A DNA stretch of 63,215 nt, filler included. It is 4 parts of 4 records of this genome, joined end to end, with 100 filler letters (N's around TTAATTAATTAA, not from the genome) between each part and the next. Parts side by side here need not be neighbours in the genome. Positions count along the whole stretch, not along the records: positions 24,040 to 47,786 come from SRR20825006_888; positions 47,887 to 56,726 come from SRR20825006_893; 2 more parts are not named here. One strand, 5' to 3'. Under the pieces are notes generated by a model. That model had not been told where the DNA came from, ran no database searches, and was given only the letters and a program-made list of their open reading frames with translations. Both the position numbers and the translations under genes were made by a program. Shown here one piece after another: positions 40,340-48,543 of this stretch; within the stretch, counting starts at the first letter, position 1, and each line of letters starts with the position of its first letter.

Positions 40340-41569
40340 TCAGCTTATTGGATCAAATTGCGCTTTGAATAATTTTCCACGCTCGGCAATCAACACAAAG
40401 CATAGGCTGACGCTGCCCAAAATGACGTAGCCCAGCGCAATTGGAAGCACGGAACCATTGTAGGCTTGGCCAATAAAGGTGCCGAGCAATGCGCCACCCA
40501 CGGTCTGCATAAAGCCGAATACGGACGCTGCTGTGCCTGCCACGCGGCCCAACGGCTCCATAGATAAGGAGTTGAAGTTGGTGCCCATCAAGCCGAACAG
40601 GAACATCACCGGCGCTTGGATCGCCATAAATGCCCAAAGGGGCAGGGCGTTAAGATAGGCAAGGATTGACCAAAGCAGACTTAGAGAGATGAAGCCAATG
40701 AGTGCACTGTGAGACAATTTACGCATGCCAAAACGGCCCACCAACCGAGAGTTGATGAAAGAGGCAAGGGACATCACCGTGGCGATTGCAGCAAATGCGG
40801 CGGGGAACCAGGGGCCAAGGCCATATAGCTCGCCATAGATTTGCTGTGATGGGGCCAAAAAGCCAAACAAAGCACCAAGTGCAACCATGTTGGCCAATCC
40901 ATATGCCAAAGCAGGGCGGTTTGAAAACACAATCGCAAAACCCTCGACGATGATTTTGGGGCGGAAGGCGCGCCGGTTTTCTTCGGCCAGTGTTTCTGGC
41001 AGGCGCAGAATGGTCCACGCCGCAGCAGCAATGGCGATGAGGGCCATGGCGAAATAGATATATTGCCAAGGGCCAAACATAATAATCAACTGGCCGAATG
41101 TTGGGGCCAGCACAGGCATGATCATAAAGACCATCATGATCAATGACATGACTTCAGCCATGGCGCGGCCGCCAAAACAATCGCGCACCATAGAAAGGGC
41201 CACAACCCGAGAAGCGCCAGCGCCCAAGCCTTGTATAACGCGCATGGCCAACATGGCGTTCAGCTCAGTCGTCATCGCGCCGCCAATTGCGGCGGCGATA
41301 TAGATGGCGACGCCAACAAGGAAAGTGGCGCGGCGGCCAATTGCATCGCAAAGGGGCCCAAAAAAGAGCTGTGAAAAGCCAAACCCAATCAAAAAGAAGG
41401 TGACAATGAACTGCCTGTGATTTTCCGCTTCCACATTCATGGCGTCGCCAATCATGGGCAAAGCGGGCAACATCACGTCAATTGCCAGCGCGTTCAAGGC
41501 CATAATGAGTGCTGCCAGACCGATAAACTCGATCCGGTTTACGGATGGGTTCAATTTTGCAATTTTCAT
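40340..41569 (-). CDS. Bcr/CflA (DHA1) multidrug efflux MFS, paralog 1
   Basis: AIDVMLPALP, GPLCDAIGRR, VRDCFGG and LPETL motifs. Confidence 0.9.
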   Translation of the reverse strand: MKIAKLNPSVNRIEFIGLAALIMALNALAIDVMLPALPMIGDAMNVEAENHRQFIVTFFLIGFGFSQLFFGPLCDAIGRRATFLVGVAIYIAAAIGGAMTTELNAMLAMRVIQGLGAGASRVVALSMVRDCFGGRAMAEVMSLIMMVFMIMPVLAPTFGQLIIMFGPWQYIYFAMALIAIAAAAWTILRLPETLAEENRRAFRPKIIVEGFAIVFSNRPALAYGLANMVALGALFGFLAPSQQIYGELYGLGPWFPAAFAAIATVMSLASFINSRLVGRFGMRKLSHSALIGFISLSLLWSILAYLNALPLWAFMAIQAPVMFLFGLMGTNFNSLSMEPLGRVAGTAASVFGFMQTVGGALLGTFIGQAYNGSVLPIALGYVILGSVSLCFVLIAERGKLFKAQFDPIS

Positions 41570-41680
41570 TGGGCACCTGAATTAGGTTTGGGCCGTGCGA
41601 AGATTTGGGAGGAATCGCGAAACAGCAGATTTTTGAAAAACTAGAGCTTAATCATGCCAGTTGATGGAAAAAAGCGCAAT

Positions 41681-41696
41681 AGGTTTGACCAATTGG
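41681..41696. promoter_or_regulatory. Shared 16-bp motif upstream of Bcr paralog 1 and the AEC gene
   Basis: AGGTTTGACCAATTGG, identical to 43945-43960. Confidence 0.55.
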
Positions 41697-41760
41697 TTGA
41701 CCGGCGCGGGAAAGCGGCTTAGGCACAGATGGAGCCCTTGTATGGGCAATAGGAGTGCCC

Positions 41761-42702
41761 ATGCTAGCTGTTTTTGAAAGTATCTTGCCTGTTTTTGCCA
41801 TTATCGTGCTTGGCTTTTTGCTGCGACGGTTCAACTTTGTTGAGGCGAGCAAATGGCAGGTGGTGGATGAGCTTTGCTTTTGGATATTGTTTCCCTCGCT
41901 GCTGGCCAGCACCCTTATCAAAACGGATTTGAGCACCATTGAATTTGATAAAATTTTGATGGTGCTGCTGGGCATGATCGTGACGATATCTGCCTTTATG
42001 TTGGCGCTCTATCCGTTTTTCCGCAATGTGATGAATTTGCGGCGGCCGCAATATACAACGCTGTTTCAAACGGTGACCCGTTGGCATGGCTTTATTGCTA
42101 TGGCGCTGGTGCTCAAGTTTTTCGGCGAACCGGGCTTGGCCGTGATCGCTGTGGCGTTTGTGGCGTTGGTGCCAGCGCTGCAATTGGTGAATGTAACAGT
42201 TTTGTCGGTCTTCTCAGAAGAATATAAATTTAGCTATTTCAATGTGTTGAAGCAGATCTCTCGCAATCCGATTCTATGGGGATGCGTTGTCGGCATGGTG
42301 GTCAATTTCGCGAATATTCCCGTATGGGATCCGGTGCTTACCTTTTTAGACCTGTTGGGCCGGGCGGCGTTGGGCATTTCACTTTTGGCGCTTGGGGCAG
42401 GGCTTAGCTTGCGGGCTGCGCTGAAGCCAAGCCCAGTTGTTGGCATTGCTGTGGTGGGCAAGCTGATTTTGGTGCCGTTGATTATGTTTGGCTTTGCAGT
42501 GCTGTTTGGCGTAACGGGTGATGCGTTGATCATTTTGATGATCAGTGCAGGCGTGCCAACGGCCATGAACGGCTATGTGTTGGCGAAAAAGATGGGCGGT
42601 GATGCAGAGCTTTATGCGTCTATTGCCACGGTGCAGACGGCCATTTCGTTTTTCACGTTGCCTTTGATTATTTTACTGGCACGCTGGTGGGTTGGGGCAT
42701 AG
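41761..42702 (+). CDS. AEC (auxin efflux carrier)-family transporter
   Basis: ILPVFAII, ILFPSLL, RNPIL and VPTAMNGYVLAKKMGGD motifs. Confidence 0.88.
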   Translation: MLAVFESILPVFAIIVLGFLLRRFNFVEASKWQVVDELCFWILFPSLLASTLIKTDLSTIEFDKILMVLLGMIVTISAFMLALYPFFRNVMNLRRPQYTTLFQTVTRWHGFIAMALVLKFFGEPGLAVIAVAFVALVPALQLVNVTVLSVFSEEYKFSYFNVLKQISRNPILWGCVVGMVVNFANIPVWDPVLTFLDLLGRAALGISLLALGAGLSLRAALKPSPVVGIAVVGKLILVPLIMFGFAVLFGVTGDALIILMISAGVPTAMNGYVLAKKMGGDAELYASIATVQTAISFFTLPLIILLARWWVGA

Positions 42703-43903
42703 CAGGTTGCAGCTTTGCGCCCCAAAGGCTGGCCAAGCATGACAAAATGCCGACAACCATAAAGCCGGCTGCGATGGGCGCCACTGTGTCGTTGTAGAAA
42801 CTGCCAATGATCGCGCCTATAACTGCACCGCCTGCGCTGGAGATGAAGCCGAGCACTGAGGCTGCGGTGCCAGCAACGCGCTTCATGGGCATCATAGCGA
42901 GGCTGTTTTGATTTACGCCCGCGAGGCCGAAGCAGAAATTGAGCGGTTGGTGCAGCAGCACCAAGAGCCAAAGGGGCAATACGCCCATGGTGATGGAAAA
43001 TGTGAGCCACACGGCTCCCAAGATGGCGAAAGTCGCGCTGGCAGCAAATGCAACCTTTTCAACCGAATACCGATCCACCAAGCGTGAATTGACAAAAGAG
43101 GCGACTGCAAGGTTGGAGGCGGTGAGGGCGATCATCAGCGGGTAGATTGGGCCGAGATCATAAATCTCGAGATAGATTTGTGGTGAGGTGCCGAGAAAGC
43201 CGATAATTGCGCCGAGAAGCAGTGCCTGTGCCCAACCGAACAGAAGTGATGATGGTGTGGTGAACACAATGCGAAAGCCTTCCAAAATGATTTTGGGGCG
43301 GAACGCACGGGTGTTTTCAATCGACAATGTTTCTGGCAAGCGGAGAAACACCCACACTAAAGCGATGACGGCCATGATGGCCATAAAGGCAAATACGCTT
43401 TGCCACGGCAGAAACAGAATGAGCACTTGGCCTAAGCTGGGGGCAATGATGGGCATCGCCATAAACACCATGACGATAAGCGACATGGTTTTGGCCAGCT
43501 TTTTGCCCTCAAACACATCACGCACCACGGCAAAGGCGATAACGCGAGATGCACCTGCGCCGAGCCCTTGCACCAGACGCAGGGCAAGCAGCGAGTTGAA
43601 ATCGGTGACGAAGGAAGCGAGCGCGACGGGCACGAAGAAGATCAAAATGCCGATAAAGGCAGTGTTGCGGCGGCCAATCGCATCGGACAGGGGGCCATAA
43701 AAGAGCTGGCTGAGGCCAAAACCAATCAAATAATAGGTGATCACCAATTGCTGTTGATTGTCGCCGATTGCGCCCAGTGAGGTCGCAATTTCGGGGAGGG
43801 CGGGCAGCATAATGTCAATGGCGACCGCATTCAGCGCCATCAAAGTGGCAGCCAGTAGCACAAATTCGATATAATTGGTGTTGGGATTAAGTTTTAAACG
43901 CAT
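42668..43903 (-). CDS. Bcr/CflA multidrug efflux MFS, paralog 2
   Basis: AIDIMLPALP, GPLSDAIGRR and LPETL motifs; clearly paralogous to 40340-41569. Confidence 0.9.
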   Translation of the reverse strand: MRLKLNPNTNYIEFVLLAATLMALNAVAIDIMLPALPEIATSLGAIGDNQQQLVITYYLIGFGLSQLFYGPLSDAIGRRNTAFIGILIFFVPVALASFVTDFNSLLALRLVQGLGAGASRVIAFAVVRDVFEGKKLAKTMSLIVMVFMAMPIIAPSLGQVLILFLPWQSVFAFMAIMAVIALVWVFLRLPETLSIENTRAFRPKIILEGFRIVFTTPSSLLFGWAQALLLGAIIGFLGTSPQIYLEIYDLGPIYPLMIALTASNLAVASFVNSRLVDRYSVEKVAFAASATFAILGAVWLTFSITMGVLPLWLLVLLHQPLNFCFGLAGVNQNSLAMMPMKRVAGTAASVLGFISSAGGAVIGAIIGSFYNDTVAPIAAGFMVVGILSCLASLWGAKLQPAMPQPTSVPVK

Positions 43904-43944
43904 CAGATAAATCACAAAAAATGATAATGCGATATTGATGCGGG

Positions 43945-43960
43945 AGGTTTGACCAATTGG
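43945..43960. promoter_or_regulatory. Shared 16-bp motif upstream of Bcr paralog 2
   Basis: AGGTTTGACCAATTGG, identical to 41681-41696. Confidence 0.55.
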
Positions 43961-43998
43961 CAAGCCCTGACGGTGGATTTCCGTCAGGGTGCAATTTG

Positions 43999-44460
43999 TT
44001 AGGCGGGTAGTTTGCCATTGATCACATAATCAAGGATTTGAACCACTTGATCGGGTGTTTCAATCACGGCAAGTGCTGCCGCATCGACCTCTTTGAGTGC
44101 ATGTTGATGATCATCCCCATGCATCACAATTAAAGGCAGGCCGAGTGCCGCGGCGAACCCCGCGTCGAACGCAGCGTTCCATTGCTTATATTTGTCGCCG
44201 AAACGCACCACCACAATGTCCGCTTCGCCCAATAGCGTGCGGGTGCGGATGGCGTTGAGCTTGGCGCCCTTATGGTCGTGCCAAAATTTGTTTGGCTCGC
44301 CGCCCATAATGGCAACGCCGCAATCGTCCGACGCGCCATGATCGGTGACTGGCGAAGAAAATTCCACTGGAAGGTCTGCCGCTTCGCAGCCCTTCTCAAT
44401 CTCTTCGCGCCAATCAGTATGGATTTCGCCTGAAAGATAGACGTTCCAAATGCGAGACAT
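43999..44460 (-). CDS. YtoQ family protein (nucleoside deoxyribosyltransferase-like fold)
   Basis: VYLSGEIHTDWR, VRFGDKYKQWNAAFDAG and HALKE motifs. Confidence 0.88.
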   Translation of the reverse strand: MSRIWNVYLSGEIHTDWREEIEKGCEAADLPVEFSSPVTDHGASDDCGVAIMGGEPNKFWHDHKGAKLNAIRTRTLLGEADIVVVRFGDKYKQWNAAFDAGFAAALGLPLIVMHGDDHQHALKEVDAAALAVIETPDQVVQILDYVINGKLPA

Positions 44461-44795
44461 TAGCTGGCCTGTTTGGCTTTGATGCCATTGTCAGCGAAAA
44501 GCTGTTGCAACTCGCCTTCTTGCGCCATTTCACGGATAATGTCGCAGCCGCCCACAAATTCGCCCTTCACATAGAGCTGTGGAATGGTTGGCCAGTTTGA
44601 ATATTGCTTGATGCCTTCGCGCAACTCGTCGCTTTCAAGCACGTTGGCGCTGGCATATTCGACTTCCAAATAATTCAAGATTTGCGCCACTTGGCCGGAA
44701 AAACCACATTGTGGGAAATCTGGAGTGCCCTTCATGAACAGGAACACGTCATTGTTTTTTACTTGTTCGTCGATAAATGCGTTGATGTCGCTCAT
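44460..44795 (-). CDS. grxD: Monothiol glutaredoxin Grx4
   Basis: FMKGTPDFPQCGFS, WPTIPQLY and GGCD motifs. Confidence 0.96.
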   Translation of the reverse strand: MSDINAFIDEQVKNNDVFLFMKGTPDFPQCGFSGQVAQILNYLEVEYASANVLESDELREGIKQYSNWPTIPQLYVKGEFVGGCDIIREMAQEGELQQLFADNGIKAKQAS

Positions 44796-44888
44796 AATGC
44801 TTTCCTTTATATTCGGGGTTAAGGCCCGACAAGGTGAACCTGCTGCCTAAATAGGACAGTCGTGATTAAATGTCGAGGATCAGTCTCA

Positions 44889-45749
44889 TCAATTTTGTCG
44901 CATGGCGCGCATGCGCTCTAAAAAGGCTTTCACCGCATAGGTTGGATAGCCGAGAAGATCGCCCATTTCGCGCTCATCTTGTTCGTCATATTCGCCGTCG
45001 ATCATATGTTTGTGTAGCAGCGCGACAAGCCGATTTTTCTCGGCTTCATATTGAGGCAAATAATAAATGACGGGCGCCACCGGGTTGATGTCGACTTGCC
45101 CTGTTTCCTTGATGAGTTGCGCTAAATCGTCGGCGCGTTCCTGCCACACATAGCGATGGATGCGGCCAGAGAGCACGAACGGCTGGAACTTAAGCTCTGG
45201 GTCCTTATCGCCAAAATAGGCGATTTTCTTGCTGCCCGCGAGCATCAAATCCAACTCGCGCCCTTCATGCGGGGGGCGATCAATGGGGGCTTCCATGTCA
45301 AAAACAGGAATAAACTCGCCGCCACGAGTAATTTCCTCGCGCTCTTGCAGCAAGATAAAGCCCTGTTTCTCATAAAAGCCAACCGCAGGGTAGCTTGAGG
45401 TTAGCACAATTTTCTCTGGCCGACCTTTGAGCATTTCATCGATGGCTTTGTTATAAAGCGCGGTCGCCACCCCCTTACGCTGATGCTTGGGATGCACAAA
45501 AAGTGCGGTCATCTCATAGCCACGATAGCCACAAAAGCCGATGGGTTGATCTTGCTCATCTAGGGCGACATGAAACACTTCGCCATCATCGGCAGAATGT
45601 TTGTATCCCTCGGGAATGAGGCCAAATGCCCAGCTTTCGCGGGCGGTCTGATCGTAATATTCGTCAGAAACAGCGAGAATGGCTGCCCGATGAATGTCGG
45701 GCAGTAAGGGCCAGTGACTGTCGGCAATTGGGACAATTCTTACCGTCAT
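44889..45749 (-). CDS. GNAT acetyltransferase fused to an uncharacterised C-terminal domain
   Basis: LFVHPKHQRKGVA and AVGFYEKQGF, then PHEGRELDLMLAG...MGDLLGYP. Confidence 0.8.
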   Translation of the reverse strand: MTVRIVPIADSHWPLLPDIHRAAILAVSDEYYDQTARESWAFGLIPEGYKHSADDGEVFHVALDEQDQPIGFCGYRGYEMTALFVHPKHQRKGVATALYNKAIDEMLKGRPEKIVLTSSYPAVGFYEKQGFILLQEREEITRGGEFIPVFDMEAPIDRPPHEGRELDLMLAGSKKIAYFGDKDPELKFQPFVLSGRIHRYVWQERADDLAQLIKETGQVDINPVAPVIYYLPQYEAEKNRLVALLHKHMIDGEYDEQDEREMGDLLGYPTYAVKAFLERMRAMRQN

Positions 45750-45762
45750 CGCTCCAAATGTG

Positions 45763-45870
45763 TTTTCACCAAAGGGTGTTCAAAAAAAGAATTTTCAGTA
45801 TTGAATTGGGGCGATTCATCCCCTCATGACTAACAGCATCTACGTTTTTTTGCCTATCGTCAAAGAATAA
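45763..45870 (-). pseudogene. Decayed copy of the 3' end of the HAD gene
   Basis: Aligns with about 46120-46230 (shared CAGCATCTACGTTTTT, ATCGTCAAA and AAGGGTG); reads LFFDDRQKNVDA versus LFFDDGQKNVDA, then frameshifts. Confidence 0.75.
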
Positions 45871-45897
45871 TCGAAATTTCTATTTTGCAGCAGAAGG

Positions 45898-46110
45898 TTA
45901 CCCTTGCTTTTTGGCGAGGCGTTGCTGTCGTCGTTCAATATAGAAATCGATTGCATCTTGCGGATAATCGAGTAGTTCGCCTATGCGTCGGTGTAATTGG
46001 AAAAACCGCTCTCGGGTTTTTCTTTTGGTTAGTTCAAACAGGGTGGCTTTTAGCTCTAACATGGGAAATTTCGCGCAGGAGAAGTGGCGTGAAGAGCGTT
46101 CCCGTTTCAT
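45898..46110 (-). CDS. Small hypothetical protein resembling the C-terminus of the GNAT fusion
   Basis: ATGA overlap with the HAD stop; IGELLDYPQDAIDFYIERR versus MGDLLGYPTYAVKAFLERM. Confidence 0.55.
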   Translation of the reverse strand: MKRERSSRHFSCAKFPMLELKATLFELTKRKTRERFFQLHRRIGELLDYPQDAIDFYIERRQQRLAKKQG

Positions 46111-46733
46111 TTCAAAAATTTATTCACCCAAGGGTGATTGAAAAAATCCGCTTCAGTTTCGAACAGCACTGAATTCCAGCCCTGTGCAAGGCCAGCATCT
46201 ACGTTTTTCTGGCCATCGTCAAAAAATAGTGGCGCCTCGCTTTGAGGGCCAAGCAAGTGATCTACTTTTTGGAAAAAAGATGGATCAGGTTTTGCGGCGC
46301 CCAGGCGGGCGGCGTAGAACATATCATCGAAGATATGGCTCAGCTTTAGATCGTGCCACAGATAAAAGGCGCGCAGATGCTCCTGATTGGTGGCAAGGTA
46401 AATTTTTACGTCTGCCTTTTGCTTGAGCTGTTTGATCCCGTCGAGCAATTGGCGGTTTACCGGAGTATCATTTTTGAACCAATATTCCAGCAAGTCGAGG
46501 CTGTTGATATGGTCTGCACCGATGGTGGGCAAGAAGGCGTCCATCGCGGTGACGATGGATGTTTTCCCCGTTACGATCTCAGCGTAGTTCAGCCGGAAAA
46601 ACTCATTGAATGAATCACGGCTGATGTCGAAATCCATTTCGATATGCTGGCTCCAAACCCGTTGGCGGGCAGGATCTTGGTGAAAAAGAGAGTGGATGAC
46701 TACGCCATCCACATCAAAGAGAATGGACCGCAC
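46107..46733 (-). CDS. HAD-superfamily hydrolase
   Basis: LFDVDGV, LATNQE, KPDP and FFDD motifs. Confidence 0.9.
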   Translation of the reverse strand: MRSILFDVDGVVIHSLFHQDPARQRVWSQHIEMDFDISRDSFNEFFRLNYAEIVTGKTSIVTAMDAFLPTIGADHINSLDLLEYWFKNDTPVNRQLLDGIKQLKQKADVKIYLATNQEHLRAFYLWHDLKLSHIFDDMFYAARLGAAKPDPSFFQKVDHLLGPQSEAPLFFDDGQKNVDAGLAQGWNSVLFETEADFFNHPWVNKFLK

Positions 46734-46738
46734 CGGAC

Positions 46739-46969
46739 TTATTCCGGTGCGTTTGTTTTCAGGGCGAGAGCGTGAAGTTCGCCGCTATCCAGCACTTGTT
46801 TCAGTGCTGCATTGACCATTTGGTGCTGTTGCACGCGGGATTTGCCACGGAAGGCTTCTGCCACAACAACAGCGGTATAGTGATGGCCGTCATCTGTATC
46901 CGCATTCACTTCTGCGCCAGGAATGGCTTCAGTGATCAAACGTTCGATTTCAGCGGTACCAATAGACAT
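46739..46969 (-). CDS. bolA: BolA family protein
   Basis: HHY...FRGKSRVQQHQMV...LHAL pattern. Confidence 0.92.
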   Translation of the reverse strand: MSIGTAEIERLITEAIPGAEVNADTDDGHHYTAVVVAEAFRGKSRVQQHQMVNAALKQVLDSGELHALALKTNAPE

Positions 46970-46993
46970 AAACAACAATCTCCAATCAGGCGG

Positions 46994-47786
46994 CTATTGC
47001 GCCGCTTCTGCTGCCATATAGTCTGGGAACCAGCTTTCATGGAAATCGCTGAGTTCCGCAACCGATACGGCAAATATATCTTTTGCTTCCAGCTTATCGC
47101 CACCCACGGTGCCCAATTGGGTCACCGGCACATTTTGTGCCTTGGCGGCGGCCAGAACCGACTCAAGATTATCAGATTTTACCGTCACGATATAGCGGGC
47201 TTGATCTTCGCCGAACAATTCACCCAGATCATTTGAAAGCTCAAGTTGTGCGCCGATTTTACCCTTCATGGCCATCTCCGCCAGTGCAACAACAAGGCCA
47301 CCATCTGACAAATCGTGGCAGGCGGTAAGCTGTTGCTGGTCGATTAGATCACGGATCAAGGCGCCATGCTTGGCTTCTTTCTCAAGATCGACAGCAGGGG
47401 CATCGCCTTCGATGCGGTTGAAACAATCGCGCAGCAGGGCGGATTGGCCAAGGTGTGTACCTTTTTCGCCAATCAAAAGAATCACTTCGCCTTCTTCTTT
47501 GAAGGAAAGAGTCATCATTTTGGCCCAGTCTTTCAGCAGGCCAACGCCGCCAATGGCAGGGGTTGGCAAAATGCCAATGCCGTTGGTTTCGTTGTAAAGC
47601 GACACGTTGCCAGACACGATTGGGAACTCAAGCGCGCGGCAGGCATCGCCAATGCCGAGAATGGCTTGGGAGAACTGCTCCATAATTTCTGGCTTTTCAG
47701 GATTGCCGAAATTTAGATTGTCGGTTGCGGCCAAGGGCAGTGCGCCAACGGCAGAGAGGTTGCGCCAGCATTCGGCCACGGCCTGT
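46994..47786 (-). CDS. purL: FGAM synthase subunit PurL, 5'-truncated
   Basis: TDNLNFGNPE, VSGNVSLYNET, HDLSDGG and LFGEDQ motifs. Confidence 0.95.
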
Positions 47787-47886
47787 NNNNNNNNNNNNNN
47801 NNNNNNNNNNNNNNNNNNNNNNNNNNNNNNTTAATTAATTAANNNNNNNNNNNNNNNNNNNNNNNNNNNNNNNNNNNNNNNNNNNN
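47787..47886. other. Artificial contig spacer
   Basis: N44-TTAATTAATTAA-N44; abrupt shift to AT-rich sequence. Confidence 0.98.
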
Positions 47887-47951
47887 CCTTTTCTTCCCAA
47901 ATCTACCTGAGATGAGTTTGCGAAGATTAAAATTGCTGTTTGTCCCTGCAT
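47887..47951 (-). CDS. N-terminus of a truncated gene (possibly DUF2064/glycosyltransferase-like)
   Basis: Reads MQGQTAILIFANSSQVDLGRK into the spacer; only 21 codons visible. Confidence 0.35.
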
Positions 47952-48020
47952 TATTAACTATAGTTACTATAAAACGTAAACTGTAGTTGTTAAAGATACG
48001 TTAATAAAATTAGAGTTATA

Positions 48021-48470
48021 CTAATTTAAATTTCTACGCTCAATAAAAAAACGCTTGAGAAGTAATGATGCATCTTCTGCTAAAACTCCGGATACTACTT
48101 TGGTTTTTGGGTGTAACTTTGTCCCCATAACTCTGTAGCCACGCTGAGTATCTTCTGCGCCAAACACAATTTTTGAAATTTGTGACCAATACAACGCTCC
48201 TGCACACATTTGGCAAGGCTCTAAAGTAACATACAAAGTACAATCTGTAAGGTATTTACCACCAATATGATTTGCTGCAGATGTTATTGCTTGCATTTCG
48301 GCATGTGCAGTTACATCATTTAAAAGCTCTGTAAGATTGTGGCTTCTTGCTATAATTGTATTATTTGCAACCACAATTGCGCCAACAGGTATTTCACCTT
48401 TTTCGTAAGCCTCTTCTGCTTCAAGAAGGGCTTTCTTCATAAAATAAGTATCGTCAAATGGTTGTAACAT
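48021..48470 (-). CDS. tadA: tRNA adenosine(34) deaminase
   Basis: EIPVGA, HAE and TLEPCQMC motifs. Confidence 0.88.
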   Translation of the reverse strand: MLQPFDDTYFMKKALLEAEEAYEKGEIPVGAIVVANNTIIARSHNLTELLNDVTAHAEMQAITSAANHIGGKYLTDCTLYVTLEPCQMCAGALYWSQISKIVFGAEDTQRGYRVMGTKLHPKTKVVSGVLAEDASLLLKRFFIERRNLN

Positions 48471-48474
48471 ACAT

Positions 48475-48538
48475 CAAAAATAGGATTTTAAATTTGGACT
48501 ACTACGCTGCTAAACTGTGTTTATATATCTTAAATTTG
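48475..48538. promoter_or_regulatory. Divergent Bacteroidota -7 promoter boxes (TAnnTTTG)
   Basis: Minus-strand TATTTTTG at 48475-48482 (tadA); plus-strand TAAATTTG at 48531-48538 (dxs). Confidence 0.55.
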
Positions 48539-48543
48539 CACAT

